A DNA stretch of 64,000 nt from Eledone cirrhosa (taxonomy: Eukaryota): the NCBI GenBank assembly GCA_964016885.1, contig OZ024744.1:14632001-14696000 (forward strand), written 5' to 3'. The position numbers were made by a program, and so were the translations under genes. Every line of letters begins with the position of its first letter. Position 1 is the stretch's first letter. Under the pieces are notes generated by a model. That model was not told where the DNA came from. It made no database searches and saw nothing but the letters and a program-made list of their open reading frames with translations. Of the stretch, positions 38,007 through 53,400 are shown in pieces.

Positions 38007-41000
38007 TACCCACTTTACTACCCTAAGTATCGAGTACGCTGGTGTGATATGGTCCATCTGGTATCTTACTAGACCTTCGTTGGTACATGCTCTCCTCTAG
38101 TACTCCTGTGGCTGTGCAGTCCTACATAGGAGTAGCAGTCCTGTATGCAGAGACTACATTGGTAGATGCTCTCCTCTAGTACTACTGTGACTGTACAGTC
38201 TTAAATACAGTGACTACAGTGGTACATGTTCTCCTCTAGTGCTACTGTAGCTGTACAGTCCTGTATATAGTGACTACATTGGTAGATGTTCTCCTCTAGT
38301 GCTACTGTAGCTGTACAGTCCTGTATATAGTGACTACAGTGGTACATGTTCTCCTCTAGTGCTACTGTAGCAGTACAGTCCTGTATATAGTGACTACATT
38401 GGAAGATGTTCTCCTCTAGTACTGCTGTATCTGTACAGTCCTGTATACAGTGACTACATTGGTAGATGTTCTCCTCCAGTACTACTGTATCTGTACAGTC
38501 CTGTATACAGTGACTACATTGGTAGATGTTCTCCTCTAGTGCTACTGTAGCTGTACAGTCCTGTATATATAGTGACTACATTGGTAGATGTTCTCCTCTA
38601 GTACTACTGTAGCTGTACAGTCCTGTATATATAGTGACTACATTGGTAGATGTTCTCCTCTAGTACTAATATAGTTATACAGTCCTGTATACAGTGACTA
38701 CATTGGTAGATGTTCTCCTCTAGTACTGCTGTAGCTGTGCAGTCCTGTATACAGTGATTAGATTGGTAGATGTTCTCCTCTAGTGCTACTGTAGCTGTAC
38801 AAACCTGTATACAGTGACTACATTAGTAGATGTTCTCCTCTAGTGCTACTGTAGCTGTACAGTCCTGTATACAGTGACTACATAGGTAGATGTTCTCCTC
38901 TAGTACTTCTGCAGCTGTACAGTCCTGTATACAGTGAGTACATTGGTAGATGCTCTCCTCTAGTACTACTGTGGCTGTACAGTCCTGTATACAGTGACTA
39001 CAGTGGTACATGCTCTCCTCTAGTACTTCTGCAGCTGTACAGTCCTGTATACAGTGAGTACGTTGGTAGATGTTCTCCTCTAGTACTGCTGTATCTGTAC
39101 AGTCCTGTATACAGTGACTACATTGGTAGATGTTCTCCTCTAGTACTACTGTAGCTGTACAGTCCTGTATACAGTGACTACAGTGGTACATGCTCTCCTC
39201 TAGTACAACCGTAGCTGTACAGTCCTGTATACAGTGACTACAGTGGTAGATGTTCTCCTCTAGTACTACTGTAGCTGTACAGTCCTGTATACAGTGACTA
39301 CATAGGTAGATGTTCTCCTCTAGTACTTCTGCAGCTGTACAGTCCTGTATACAGTGAGTACATTGGTAGATGCTCTCCTCTAGTACTACTGTAGCTGTAC
39401 AGTCCTGTATACAGTGACCACATTGGTAGATGTTCTCCCCTAGTACTACTGTGGCTGTACAGTCCTGTATACAGTGAGTACGTTGGTAGATGTTCTCCTC
39501 TAGTACTGCTGTATCTGTACAGTCCTGTATACAGTGACTACAGTGGTAGATGTTCTCCTCTAGTACTAATGTGGCTGTACAGTCCTGTATACAGTGACTA
39601 CATTGGTAGATGCTCTCCTCTAGTACTACTGTAGCTCTACAGTCCTGTATACAGTGACTACAGTGGTAGATGTTCTCCTCTAGTACTACTGTATCTGTAC
39701 AGTCCTGTATATACAGTTTCTACATTGGTAGATGATCTCCTCTAGTACTACTGTAGCTGTACAGTCCTGTATATAGTGACTACGTTGGTAGATGTTCTCC
39801 TCTAGTACTACTGTATCTGTACAGTCCTGTATACAGTGACTACAGTGGTAGATGTTCTCCTCTAGTACTACTGTAGCTGTACAGTCCTGTATATAGTGAC
39901 TACGTTGGTAGATGTTCTCCTCTAGTACTACTGTATCTGTACAGTCCTGTATACAGTGACTACAGTGGTAGATGTTCTCCTCTAGTACTACTGTAGCTGT
40001 ACAGTTCTGTATATAGTGACTACATTGGTAGATGCTCTCCTCTAGTACTACTGTATCTCTACAGTCCTGTATACAGTGACTACATTGGTAGATGCACTCC
40101 TCTAGTACTACTGTAGTTGTAGTCCTGTATACAGTGACTACATTGGTAGATGTTCTCCTCTAGTACTACTGTATCTGTACAGTCTTATATACAGTGACTA
40201 CATTGGTAGATGTTCTCCTCTAGTACTACTGTGACTGTACAGTCTTATATACAGTGACTACATTGGTAGATGCTCTCCTCTAGTACTACTGTAGCTGTAC
40301 AGTCCTGTATTTAGTGACTACATTGGTAGATGTTCTCCTTTAGTACTGCTGTAGTTGTACAGTCCTGTATACATTGACTACATTGGTAGATGTCCTCCTC
40401 TAGTACTGCTGTAACTGTACAGTCCTGTATACAGTGACTACATTGGTAGATGCTCTCCTCTAGTACTACTGTAGCTGTACAGTCCTGTATATAGTGACTA
40501 CATTGGTACATGCTCTCCTCTAGTACTACTGTGACTGTACAGTCTTATATACAGTGACTACAGTGGTACATGCTCTCCTCTAGTGCTACTGTAGCTGTAC
40601 AGTCCTGTATACAGTGACTACATTGGTACATGCTCTCCTCTAGTACTACTGTAGCTGTACAGTCCTGTATACAGTGACTACATTGGTACATGCTCTCCTC
40701 TAGTACTACTGTAGCTGTACAGTCCTATATACAGTGACTACATTGGTACATGCTCTCCTCTAGTACTACTGTAGCTGTACAGTCCTGTATGCATTGACTA
40801 CATTGGTAGAAGCTCACCTCTAGTATTACTGTAGCTGTACAGTCCTGTATACAGTGACTACATTGGTAGATGTTCTCCTCTAGTACTACTGTAACTGTAC
40901 AGTCCTGTATGCATTGACTACATTGGTAGAAGCTCACCTCTAGTATTACTGTAGCTGTACAGTCCTGTATACAGTGACTACATTGGTAGATGTTCTCCTC

Positions 41001-41432
41001 TAGTACTACTGTAACTGTACAGTCCTGTATGCATTGACTACATTGGTAGAAGCTCACCTCTAGTATTACTGTAGCTGTACAGTCCTGTATACAGTGACTA
41101 CATTGGTAGATGTTCTCCTCTAGTACTACTGTAGCTATACAGTGACTACATTGGTAGATGCTCTCCTCTAGTACTACTGTAGCTATACAGTTCTGTATAC
41201 AGTGACTACATTGGTAGATGTTCTCCTCTAGTGCTACTGTAGCTATACAGTCCTATATACAGTGACTACATTTGTAGAAGCTCTTCTCTGGTGCTCTGTG
41301 TTTTTTTTTTCGAGCACGCTTTTCCTCGGAGGCAAGCTTCAGTTTATCTTCCCCTCACTGCTGCACCTTGCGTAGAAATCATCGCTATCGTGGGTGATCA
41401 TTAGCAACTTTCTCCCAGCTCTGGGTGTCCAA
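38007..41432 (-). mobile_element. 3' fragment of an RTE-1-type LINE whose terminal zinc-finger region has expanded into a minisatellite
   Basis: 41431 leftwards reads LDTQSWEKVANDHPR*R*FLRKVQQ*GEDKLKLASEEKRARKKKHRAPEKSFYKCSHC. The left end reads YQCSLCIQDCYSYVGLHSHR. This is the typical RTE ORF2 C-terminus (WE..A.DR..WR...EKRARRK...C..C.RDC.S..GL.SH). Confidence 0.82.
38080..41290 (-). repeat. 60-bp minisatellite (about 53 units) encoding YQCSHCIQDCTATVVLEENI on the minus strand
   Basis: Units align column-for-column in the 60-nt lines. ORFs at 38823-39191, 40311-40511 and 40725-41057. Confidence 0.97.
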
Positions 41433-41830
41433 CAACAACAAGACAACAAACATTTTAAGGCCATTTTTCATGCTGAAACCGATGTCAAATTGTGGGTCCC
41501 ATAATTAATATAATTCCTTGCAAGGATCCCTTTGTGACTCAATGTTTTAAGGAGGCTCGCTTACCTGGCACAATCCCTTTTAAAAACGTCTTACAACACA
41601 CACAGAAATGCTGAAGCTCTTCTAGCCCAGTTACACATACCATTATATTTCTGTTTGATTTGCTAATTATTATATAATTATTATATAATGTATCTATAAC
41701 CATTCATACCTTTTTTAAATTCTAAACTAACCCCTCCTCCCCTCCTAAGTCTTTATAGTTAATAGGGACACATTCCACATTATTTAACTGTACCTTTTCC
41801 AATCCTAATGCTTATTTTTATTCACTTTAT

Positions 41831-41864
<34 letters not shown>

Positions 41865-43319
41865 CAGTGAAACGTCTCAGGTGATGAACTGTGTCTCAAA
41901 TAACGAACACGTAAGCCAGCAACAAACTGGGAGTATCGGCGGGGAAAGTGTCATTTGATGTGTAGTTAATTACTATAGTGATATTTCACTGTCTTTCATT
42001 GTATTTATGGTGATATCTTTCTCTCTCTCACTCTATTTCTCTCTTAACATTTCGTATGAAAAAAATAGTTTCGGTTTACAAACTTTTCGGACGACGTACG
42101 CACTTCAGAAACATATGAATATAGCGAAAGATAATAAAAAATACATGTGTGTGTGTGTGACGAGTAATTTGCAAGATAGAGTTATTCTACTTATCTCCGC
42201 TAGATCGTAAGAGTTGAATGAGTTATTCTCCCATGTCTAGCCCACGAAAGCGATCCTACAATTTTAGCCAAGATAGCCAATAAAAAGTATTATAAGCCAT
42301 CTTATATTTACACCTGTTATTGTCACAGTTTTATTCCATCATGGCTGCTACCTAAAGAAATTTCCCAACAATGGCAATTGTTGACTTCAGCCACTTAAAT
42401 TATATATAAATGATAGTGCTGATATCATTATAAAATGTATCAACTACATTTAATAAAGTGCTAGTGCTGGTGCTACCGTAGAATGCACCCAGTCCACTCT
42501 GTAAAGAGTAGGTGTTGGTGCCTCGATAAAATACAGCCTGTCCACTCTTATACACATACACATCTCACCGTTTTATGTAGATAGATAACTATATACATAC
42601 ATGTAGACTGTGATCTTTACCTTCTACTGAATGTGAATCTAGACAACATAGCTAGCAATAACCCATCTTGAAAACTCAATATAACTGTCTCCTAAAGATA
42701 GATGGTCCTTCATTGTTCACCTATTTACAGTGGTTCCATATCACTGGTCCATGGAGCCCTGGGAGTGGGGTGTCTGTAGAGCCATTACTGGTGATCCACA
42801 AGCTAATTTCAAAATTTCGAGTACTTTTTTAAAAAGTATATATACACACTGTTGGGCCTCAATTCTTCTCCAAGTAAACACATTTCTCTTTTGATTGTTA
42901 AAATTCTTGTGTATCAATCTGGGAGGTAAATTATCCTAGCAGACAATCTGTGCAAAATTTCATTTAAATAAAAAGGAAACCGTTTTGAACCTCTGAAAAT
43001 ATTGTGCATCTACCCAAAACAGCCTTAGCCATCCATAACCAAACTAAAACTCCCTCTATATAAAGAGTCACCTCTATGTTCTTGAGGTGACTTACCAGAA
43101 ACTCTTTGGCATTATTTGTTCCAATGTAAAACTATGCACCTGAGAGAGATGACATCTTGAAGCTGATCAATAAAAAACTACCAAGATTGGGGGTACAATA
43201 TATTGTACAAGATTTACCAACTATAAACAACATGTTAGAGTATATGGAGGTTAAGATAAGATTCGACAGAACCTCCTAGCTGTTTTACATTTGTTCTTTA
43301 TCTTTCTGTTTTTATGCTT

Positions 43320-44000
43320 ATTTTGCCTCCAGTTGTCCTTCCCTATTTTACCTCCAACAGGCCTTCCCTATTTTACCTCCAACAGGCCTTCCATATTTAC
43401 CCTCCAACAGGCCTTCCCTCTTTTACCTCCAATAGGCTTTCCATATGTTACCTCCAGTTGTCCTTCCATATTTTACCACCAGTTGTCCTTCCATATTTTA
43501 CCTCCAACAGGCCTTCCATATTTCACCTCCAACAGGCCTTCCATATTTTACCTCCAGTTATCCTTCCCTATTTGACCGCCAACAGGCCTTCCCTATTTTA
43601 CCTCCAACAGGCCTTCCCTATTTTACCTCCAACAGGCCTTCCATATTTTACCTCCAACAGACCTTCCCTATTTTATCTCCAACAGGCCTTCAATATTTTA
43701 CCTCCAACAGGCCTTCCCTATTTTACCTCTAACAGGTCTTCCATATTTTACCTCCAACAGGCCTTCCCTATTTTACCTCCAACAGGCCTTCCATATTTTA
43801 ATCTACAACACACCTTCCATATTTTACTTCCAGTTGTCCTTCCTTATTTTACCTCCAACAGGCCTTCCATATTTTACCTCCAGTTATCCTTCCCTATTTT
43901 ACCTCCAACATGCCTTCCATATTTTACCTACAACAGACCTTCCATATTTTACTTCCAGTTGTTCTTCCCTATTTTACCTCCAACAGACCTTTCCTATTTA
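43320..44000. repeat. 25-bp minisatellite, two interleaved variants (TTTTACCTCCAACAGGCCTTCCATA / TTTTACCTCCAGTTGTCCTTCCATA)
   Basis: 25-bp period, about 27 units. Confidence 0.93.
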
Positions 44001-44348
44001 AATTTATATCTTATTTTACTTATTTTTTGAAACTTCATTTTAATTTTTATATTCACTTCTATTCACCCCAGTGTTGGAGACAAAATAAAATGCCCATGGC
44101 AGAACATGGAATCATATGTTGGGCTTCCAGTACATCTGGAGGTTAGAGGTACTGCTTGAGTAGTGGCCAGTCTGTAGCAACATATTCAACCTTTGCTTGT
44201 TATTAGACAATAAATTAAATAATAACAATAGTGATGGTGATAATGATAAAGACAAGGATAACATTTTAAAACGAACATTGCTTTCTCATAGAAGCAGCGG
44301 TGTGCCAGGCCAGTTTCTGGTGGGTTTCTATAAAAAAGGTTCACTCAC

Positions 44349-44429
44349 CATAATTACGGGGATCTTTGATAATCTTCTTTATTGCATCAATTGTATCTTT
44401 CATCATCAGTGAGAGGTCTTTTGTGATGT
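44349..44429 (-). CDS. AK7: Adenylate kinase 7 exon (end of the kinase domain, PRNYG motif)
   Basis: 81 bp, cttcctccag|AC ATC...AAT TAT G|gtgagt, phase 1/1. Translates xITKDLSLMMKDTIDAIKKIIKDPRNY-G; PRNYG-L is conserved in AK7. Confidence 0.9.
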
Positions 44430-44489
44430 CTGGAGGAAGTACAAGTAACAAGACACATTAATTCATCTAAATGTCTGTACTTCTGAAAT

Positions 44490-47400
44490 AAAACAACACT
44501 GCCTCTTTAAAATATAACACTGTCTCTTACTTCTAAAATATAACACTGTCTCTTCTAAAATATAAGTCTATAACTTCTAAAATATAACACTGTCTCTTAC
44601 TTCTAAAAAATAACACTGTCTCTTACCTCTAACATATAACACTGTCTCTTATTTCTAAAATATAACACTGTCTCTTACTTCTAAAATATAACGCTGTCTC
44701 TTACCTCTAACATATAACACTGTCTCTTCCTTCTAACATATAACACAGCCTCTTACTTGTAATATATAACACTGTCTCTTACCTCTAACATATAACACTG
44801 TATCTTATTTCTAAAATATAACACTGTCTCTTACTTCTAAAATATAACACTGCCTCTTACTTCTAACATATAACACTGTCTCTTACTTCTAAAATATAAC
44901 ACTGTCTCTTACTTCTAAAATATAACACTGCCTCTTACTTCTAACATATAACACTGTCTCTTACTTCTAAAATATAACACTGTCTCTTACTTCTAAAATA
45001 TAACACTGTCTCTTACTTCGAACATATAACACTGTCTCTTATTTCTTACATATAACACTGTCTCTTACTTCTAACATATAACACTATCTCTAACCTCTAA
45101 CATATAACACTGTCTCTTACTTCTAACATATAACACTGTCTCTTACTTCTAACATATAACACTGTCTCTTACCTCTAAGATATAACACTGTCTCTTCTAA
45201 CATATAACACTGTCTCTTACTTCTAACATATAACACTGTCTCTTACTTCTAACATATAAAACTGTCTCTTACCTCTAACATATAACACTGTCTCTTACTT
45301 CTAACATATAACACTGTCTCTTACATCTAACATACAACACTGTCTCTTACTTCGAACATATAACGCTGTCGCTTCTAACATATAACACTGTTTCTTATTT
45401 CTAACATATAACACTGTCTCTTACTTCTAACATATAACACTATCTCTAACCTCTAACATATAACACTGTCTCTTACCTCTAACATATAACACTGTCTCTT
45501 ACTTCTAACATATAACACTGTCTCTTACTTCTAACATATAACACTGTCTCTTACCTCTAACATATAACACTGTCTCTTACTTCTAAAATATAACACTGTC
45601 TCTTACGTCTAACATATAACACTGTCACTTACCTCTAACATATACCACTGTCTCTTACTTCTAAAATATAACACTGTCTCTTACTTCTAACATATAACAC
45701 TGTCTCTTATTTCTAAAATATAACACTGTCTCTTATTTCTAAAATATAACAATGTCTCTTACTTCTAAAATATAACGCTGTCTCTTACCTCTAACATATA
45801 ACACTGTCTCTTCCTTCTAACATATAACACTGCCTCTTACTTGTAATATATAACACTGTCTCTTACCTCTAACATACAACACTGTCTCTTATTTCTAAAA
45901 TATAACACTCTCTTACTTCTAAAATATAACACTGCCTCTTACTTCTAACATATAACACTGTCTCTTACTTCTAAAATATAACACTGTCTCTTACTTCTAA
46001 AATATAACACTGCCTCTTACTTCTAACATATAACACTGTCTCTTACTTCTAAAATATAACACTGTCTCTTACTTCTAAAATATAACACTGTCTCTTACTT
46101 CGAACATATAACACTGTCTCTTATTTCTTACATATAACACTGTCTCTTACTTCTAACATATAACACTATCTCTAACCTCTAACATATAACACTGTCTCTT
46201 ACTTCTAACATATAACACTGTCTCTTACTTCTAACATATAACACTGTCTCTTACCTCTAAGATATAACACTGTCTCTTCTAACATATAACACCGTCTCTT
46301 ACTTCTAACATATAACACTGTCTCTTACTTCTAACATATAAAACTGTCTCTTACCTCTAACATATAACACTGTCTCTTACTTCTAACATATAACACTGTC
46401 TCTTACATCTAACATACAACACTGTCTCTTACTTCGAACATATAACACTGTCGCTTCTAACATATAACACTGTTTCTTATTTCTAACATATAACACTGTC
46501 TCTTACTTCTAACATATAACACTGTCTCTTACCTCTAACATATAACACTGTCTCTTACTTCTAACATATAACACTGTCTCTTACCTCTAACATATAACAC
46601 TGTCTCTTACTTCTAACATATAACACTGTCTCTTACTTCTAACATATAACACTGTCTCTTACTTCTAAAATATAACAATGTCTCTTACATCTAAAATATA
46701 ACACTGTCTCTTACTTCTAAAATATAACACTGTCTCTTACTTCGAACATATAACACTGTCTCTTATTTCTTACATATAACACTGTCTCTTACTTCTAACA
46801 TATAACACTATCTCTAACCTATAACATATAACACTGTTTCTTATTCCTAACATATAACACTGTCTCTTACATCTAACATATAACACTGTCTCTTACCTCC
46901 AACATATAACACTGTCTCTTACTTCTAACATATAACACTGTCTCTTACCTCTAACATATAACAATGTCTCTTCTAACATATAACACTGTCTCTTACATCT
47001 AACATACAACACTGTCTCTTACTTCTAAAATATAACACTGTCTCTTACTTCTAAAATATAACACTGTCTCTTACTTCTAAAATATAACACTGTCTCTTAC
47101 TTCTAACATATAACACTATCTCTAACCTCTAACATATAACACTGCCTCTTACTTCTAAAATATAACACTGTCTCTTACTTCTAAAATATAACACTGTCTC
47201 TTACCTCTAACATATAACACTGTCTCTTACCTCTAACATATAACACTGTCTCTTACTTCTAAAATATAACACTGCCTCTTGCTTCTAAAATATAACACTG
47301 CCTCTTACTTCTAACATATAACACTGTCTCTTACTTCTAAAATATAACACTGTCTCTTACTTCTAACATATAACACTGTCTCTTACTTCTAACATATAAC

Positions 47401-50400
47401 ACTGTCTCTTACCTATAACATATAACACTGTCTCTTACCTCTAATATATAACACTGTCTCTTACCTCTAACACATAACACTGTCTCTTACTTCTAACATA
47501 TAACAGTCTCTTACTTCTAACATATAACATTGTCTCTTACTTCTAACATATAAAACTGTCTCTTACTTCTAACATATATCACTGTCTCTTACTTCTAAAA
47601 TATAACACTGTCTCTTACCTCTAAGATATAACACTGTCTCTTACCTTTAACATATAACATTGTCACTTACCTCTAACATATAACACTGTCTCTTACTTCT
47701 AAAATATAACGCTGTCTCTTACCTCTAACATATAACACTGTCTCTTCCTTCTAACATATAACACTGCCTCTTACTTGTAATATATAACACTGTCTCTTAC
47801 CTCTAACATATAACACTGTCTCTTATTTCTAAAATATAACACTGTCTCTTACTTCCAACATATAACACTGTCTCTTACCTCTAACATATAACACTGTCTC
47901 TTACATCTAACTTATAACACTGTCACTTACTTCTAAAATATAACACTGTCTCTTACCTCTAACATATAACACTGTCTCTTCTAAGATATAACACTGTCTC
48001 TTACTTCTAACATATAACACTGTCTCTTCTAAGATATAACACTGTCTCTTACTTCTAACATATAACACTGTCTCTCACTTCTAAAATATAACACTGTCTC
48101 TTACTTCTAACATATAACACTGTCTCTTACCTCTAACATATAACAATGTCTCTTACTTCTAACATATAACACTGTCTCTTACTTCTAACATATAACACTG
48201 TCTCTTACCTCTAACATATAACACTGTCTCTTCTAACATATAACACTGTCTCTTACTTCTAACATATAACACTGTCTCTTACTTCGAACATATAAAATGT
48301 CTCTTACCTCTAACATATAGTACCGTGTCTTCTAACATATAACACTGTCTCTTACATCTAACATACAACACTGTCTCTTACTTCGAACATATAACACTGT
48401 CGCTTCTAACATATAACACTGTTTCTTATTTCTAACATATAACACTGTCTCTTACTTCTAACATATAACACTATCTCTAACCTCTAACATATAACACTGT
48501 CTCTTACCTCTAACATATAACACTGTCTCTTACTTCTAACATATAACACTGTCTCTTCTAACATATAACACTGTCTCTTACTTCTAAAATATAACACTGT
48601 CTCTTACTTCTAAAATATAACACTGTCTCTTACTTCGAACATATAACACTGTGTCTTATTTCTTACATATAACACTGTCTCTTACTTCTAACATATAACA
48701 CTATCTTTAAACTCTAACATATAACACTGTCTCTTTCATCTAACATATAACACTGTCACTTACTTCTAACATATAACACTGTCTCTTACCTCTAACATAT
48801 AACACTGTCTCTTACCTCTAACATATAACACTGTCTCTTACCTCTAATATATAACACTGTCTCTTACCTCTATCATATAACACTGTCTCTTACCTCTATC
48901 ATATAACACTGTCTCTTACCTCTAACATATAACACTGTCTCTTACTTCTAACATATAAAACTGTCTCTTACTTCTAACACATAAAACTGTCTCTTACCTC
49001 TAACATATAACAATGTGTCTTCTAACATATAACACTGTCTCTTACTTCTAACATATAACACTGTCTCTTACATCTAACATACAACACTGTCTCTTACTTC
49101 TAACATATAACACTGTCTCTTCTAACATATAAAACTGTCTCTTACTTCTAAAATATAACACTGTCTCTTACTTCTAACATATAACACTCTCTCTTACTTC
49201 TAAAATATAACACTGTCTCTTCCTTCTAAAATATAACACTGTGTCTTACTTTTAAATATACCACTGTCTCTTACTTCTAAAATATAACACTGTCTCTTAC
49301 TTCGAACATATAACACAGTCTCTTATTTCTAACATATAACACTGTCTCTTACTTCTAACATATAACACTATGTCTAACCTCTAACATATAACACTGCCTC
49401 TTACTTCTACCATATAACACTGTCTCTTACTTCTAAAATATAACACTGTCTCTTACCGCTAACATATAACACTGACTCTTTCCTCTAACATATAACACCG
49501 TCTCTTACTTCTAACACATAACACTGTCTCTTACCTCTAACATATAACACTGTCTCTTACCTCTAACATATAACACTGTCTCTAACCTCTAACATATAAC
49601 ACTGTCTCTTACCTCTAATATATAACACTGTCTCTTACCTCTAACATATAACAATGTCTCTTACTTCTAACATATAACACTGTCTCTTACTTCTAACATA
49701 TAACACTGTCTCTTACTTCTAACATATAACACTGTCTCTTCTAAGATATAACACTGTCTCTTACTTCTAACATATAACACTGTCTCTTACTTCTAAAATA
49801 TAACACTGTCTCTTACTTCTAACGTATAACACTGTCTCTTACTTCTAAAATATAACACTATCTCTTACTTCTAAAATATAACACTGTCTCTTACTTCTAA
49901 CATATAACACTGTCCCTTACCTCTAACATATAACACTGTCTCTTCTAACATATAACACTGTCTCTTACTTCTAACATATAACACTGTCTCTTCTAACATA
50001 TAACACTGTCTCTTACTTCTAACGTATAACACTGTCTCTTACTTCTAAGATATAACACTGTCTCTTACTTCTAACATACAACACTGTCTCTTACTTCTAA
50101 CATATAACACTGTCTCTTCTAACATATAACACTGTCTCTTACTTCTAACATATAACACTGCCTCTTACTTGTAATATATAACACTGTCTCTTACCTCTAA
50201 CATATAACACTGTCTCTTATTTCTAAAATATAACACTGTCTCTTACTTCTAAAATATAAAACTGTCTCTTACTTCTAAAATATAAAACTGTCTCTTACTT
50301 CTAAAATATAACACTGTCTCTTACTTCTAACATATAACACTGTCTCTTACTTCTAACATATAACACTGTCCCTTACATCTAACATATAACACTGTCTCTT

Positions 50401-53400
50401 ACTTCTAACATATAACACTGTCTCTTACCTCTAACATATAACACTGTCTCTTACCTCTAACATATAACACTGTCTCTTACCTCTAACATATAACACTGTC
50501 TCTTACCTCTGACATATAACACTGTGTCTTACATCTATCATATAACACTGTCTCTTCCTTCTAACATATAACACTGCCTCTTACTTGTAATATATAACAC
50601 TGTCTCTTACCTCTAACATATAACACTGTCTCTTATTTCTAAAATATAACACTGTCTCTTACTTCCAACATATAACACTGTCTCTTACCTCTAACATATA
50701 ACACTGTCTCTTACATCTAACATATAACACTGTCACTTACTTCTAAAATATAACACTGTCTCTTACCTCTAACATATAACACTGTCTCTTCTAAGATATA
50801 ACACTGTCTCTTACTTCTAACATATAACACTGTCTCTTCTAAGATATAACACTGTCTCTTACTTCTAACATATAACACTGTCTCTCACTTCTAAAATATA
50901 ACACTGTCTCTTACTTCTAACATATAACACTGTCTCTTACCTCTAACATATAACAATGTCTCTTACTTCTAACATATAACACTGTCTCTTACTTCTAACA
51001 TATAACACTGTCTCTTACCTCTAACATATAACACTCTCTCTTCTAACATATAACACTGTCTCTTACTTCTAACATATAACACTGTCTCTTACTTCTAACA
51101 TATAAAATGTCTCTTACCTCTAACATATAGTACTGTGTCTTCTAACATATAACACTGTCTCTTACATCTAACATACAACACTGTCTCTTACTTCGAACAT
51201 ATAACACTGTCGCTTCTAACATATAACACTGTTTCTTATTTCTAACATATAACACTGTCTCTTACTTCTAACATATAACACTATCTGTAACCTCTAACAT
51301 ATAACACTGTCTCTTACCTCTAACATATAACACTGTCTCTTACTTCTAACATATAACACTGTCTCTTACTTCTAACATATAACACTGTCTCTTCTAACAT
51401 ATAACACTGTCTCTTACTTCTAAAATATAACACTGTCTCTTACTTCTAAAATATAACACTGTCTCTTACTTCGAACATATAACACTGTGTCTTATTTCTT
51501 ACATATAACACTGTCTCTTACTTCTAACATATAACACTATCTTTAACCTCTAACATATAACACTGTCTCTTACATCTAACATATAACACTGTCACTTACT
51601 TCTAACATATAACACTGTCTCTTACCTCTAACATATAACACTGTCTCTTACCTCTAACATATAACACTGTCTCTTACCTCTAACATATAACACTGTCTCT
51701 TACCTCTATCATATAACACTGTCTCTTACCTCTATCATATAACACTGTCTCTTACCTCTAACATATAACACTGTCTCTTCTAACATATAACACTGTCTCT
51801 TACTTCTAACATATAAAACTGTCTCTTACTTCTAACACATAAAACTGTCTCTTACCTCTAACATATAACAATGTGTCTTCTAACATATAACACTGTCTCT
51901 TACTTCTAACATATAACACTGTCTCTTACATCTAACATACAACACTGTCTCTTACTTCTAACATATAACACTGTCTCTTCTAACATATAAAACTGTCTCT
52001 TACTTCTAAAATATAACACTGTCTCTTACTTCTAACATATAACACTCTCTCTTACTTCTAAAATATAACACTGTCTCTTACTTCTAACATATAACACTAT
52101 GTCTAACCTCTAACATATAACACTGCCTCTTACTTCTACCATATAACACTGTCTCTTACTTCTAAAATATAACACTGTCTCTTACCGCTAACATATAACA
52201 CTGACTCTTTCCTCTAACATATAACACCGTCTCTTACTTCTAACACATAACACTGTCTCTTACCTCTAACATATAACACTGTCTCTTACCTCTAACATAT
52301 AACACTGTCTCTTACCTCTAACATATAACACTGTCTCTTACCTCTAATATATAACACTGTCTCTCACCTCTAACATATAACAATGTCTCTTACTTCTAAC
52401 ATATAACACTGTCTCTTACTTCTAACATATAACACTGTCTCTTACTTCTAACATATAACACTGTCTCTTACTTCTAACATATAACACTGTCTCTTCTAAG
52501 ATATAACACTGTCTCTTACTTCTAACATATAACACTGTCTCTTCTAAGATATAACACTGTCTCTTACTTCTAACATATAACACTGTCTCTCACTTCAAAA
52601 ATATAACGCTGTTTCTTACTTCTAACATATAACACTGTCTCTTACTTCTAAAATATAACACTGTCTCTTACTTCTAACATATAACACTGTCTCTTACTTC
52701 TAAAATATAACACTGTCTCTTATTTCTAAAATATAACAATGTCTCTTACTTCTAAAATATAACGCTGTCTCTTACCTCTAACATATAACACTGTCTCTTC
52801 CTTCTAACATATAACACTGCCTCTTACTTGTAATATATAACACTGTCTCTTACCTCTAACATACAACACTGTCTCTTATTTCTAAAATATAACACTCTCT
52901 TACTTCTAAAATATAACACTGCCTCTTACTTCTAACATATAACACTGTCTCTTACTTCTAAAATATAACACTGTCTCTTACTTCTAAAATATAACACTGC
53001 CTCTTACTTCTAACATATAACACTGTCTCTTACTTCTAAAATATAACACTGTCTCTTACTTCTAAAATATAACACTGTCTCTTACTTCGAACATATAACA
53101 CTGTCTCTTATTTCTTACATATAACACTGTCTCTTACTTCTAACATATAACACTATCTCTAACCTCTAACATATAACACTGTCTCTTACTTCTAACATAT
53201 AACACTGTCTCTTACTTCTAACATATGACAATGTCTCTTACCTCTAAGATATAACACTGTCTCTTCTAACATATAACACCGTCTCTTACTTCTAACATAT
53301 AACACTGTCTCTTACTTCTAACATATAAAACTGTCTCTTACCTCTAACATATAACACTGTCTCTTACTTCTAACATATAACACTGTCTCTTACATCTAAC

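Noticed and set aside
38823-41057. Host C2H2 zinc-finger gene
   Set aside because: Units lack the His pair and TGEKP linkers, contain stops and indels, and derive from an RTE C-terminus.
41460-41830. Possible CR1/L2 3' remnant
   Set aside because: Only weak, frame-broken similarity (YNSL, FK.RL); not supportable by eye.
42725-42810. Possible hAT/MITE end (CAGTGGTTCC...)
   Set aside because: No matching opposite terminal inverted repeat or target-site duplication could be identified.
43291-44146. ORFs of 78-238 aa
   Set aside because: They are translations of the 25-bp minisatellite in rotating frames.
44430-44484. Alternative AK7 acceptor at 44483
   Set aside because: It would add 53 nt and shift the frame relative to the conserved PRNYG exon, so it is not called as coding.
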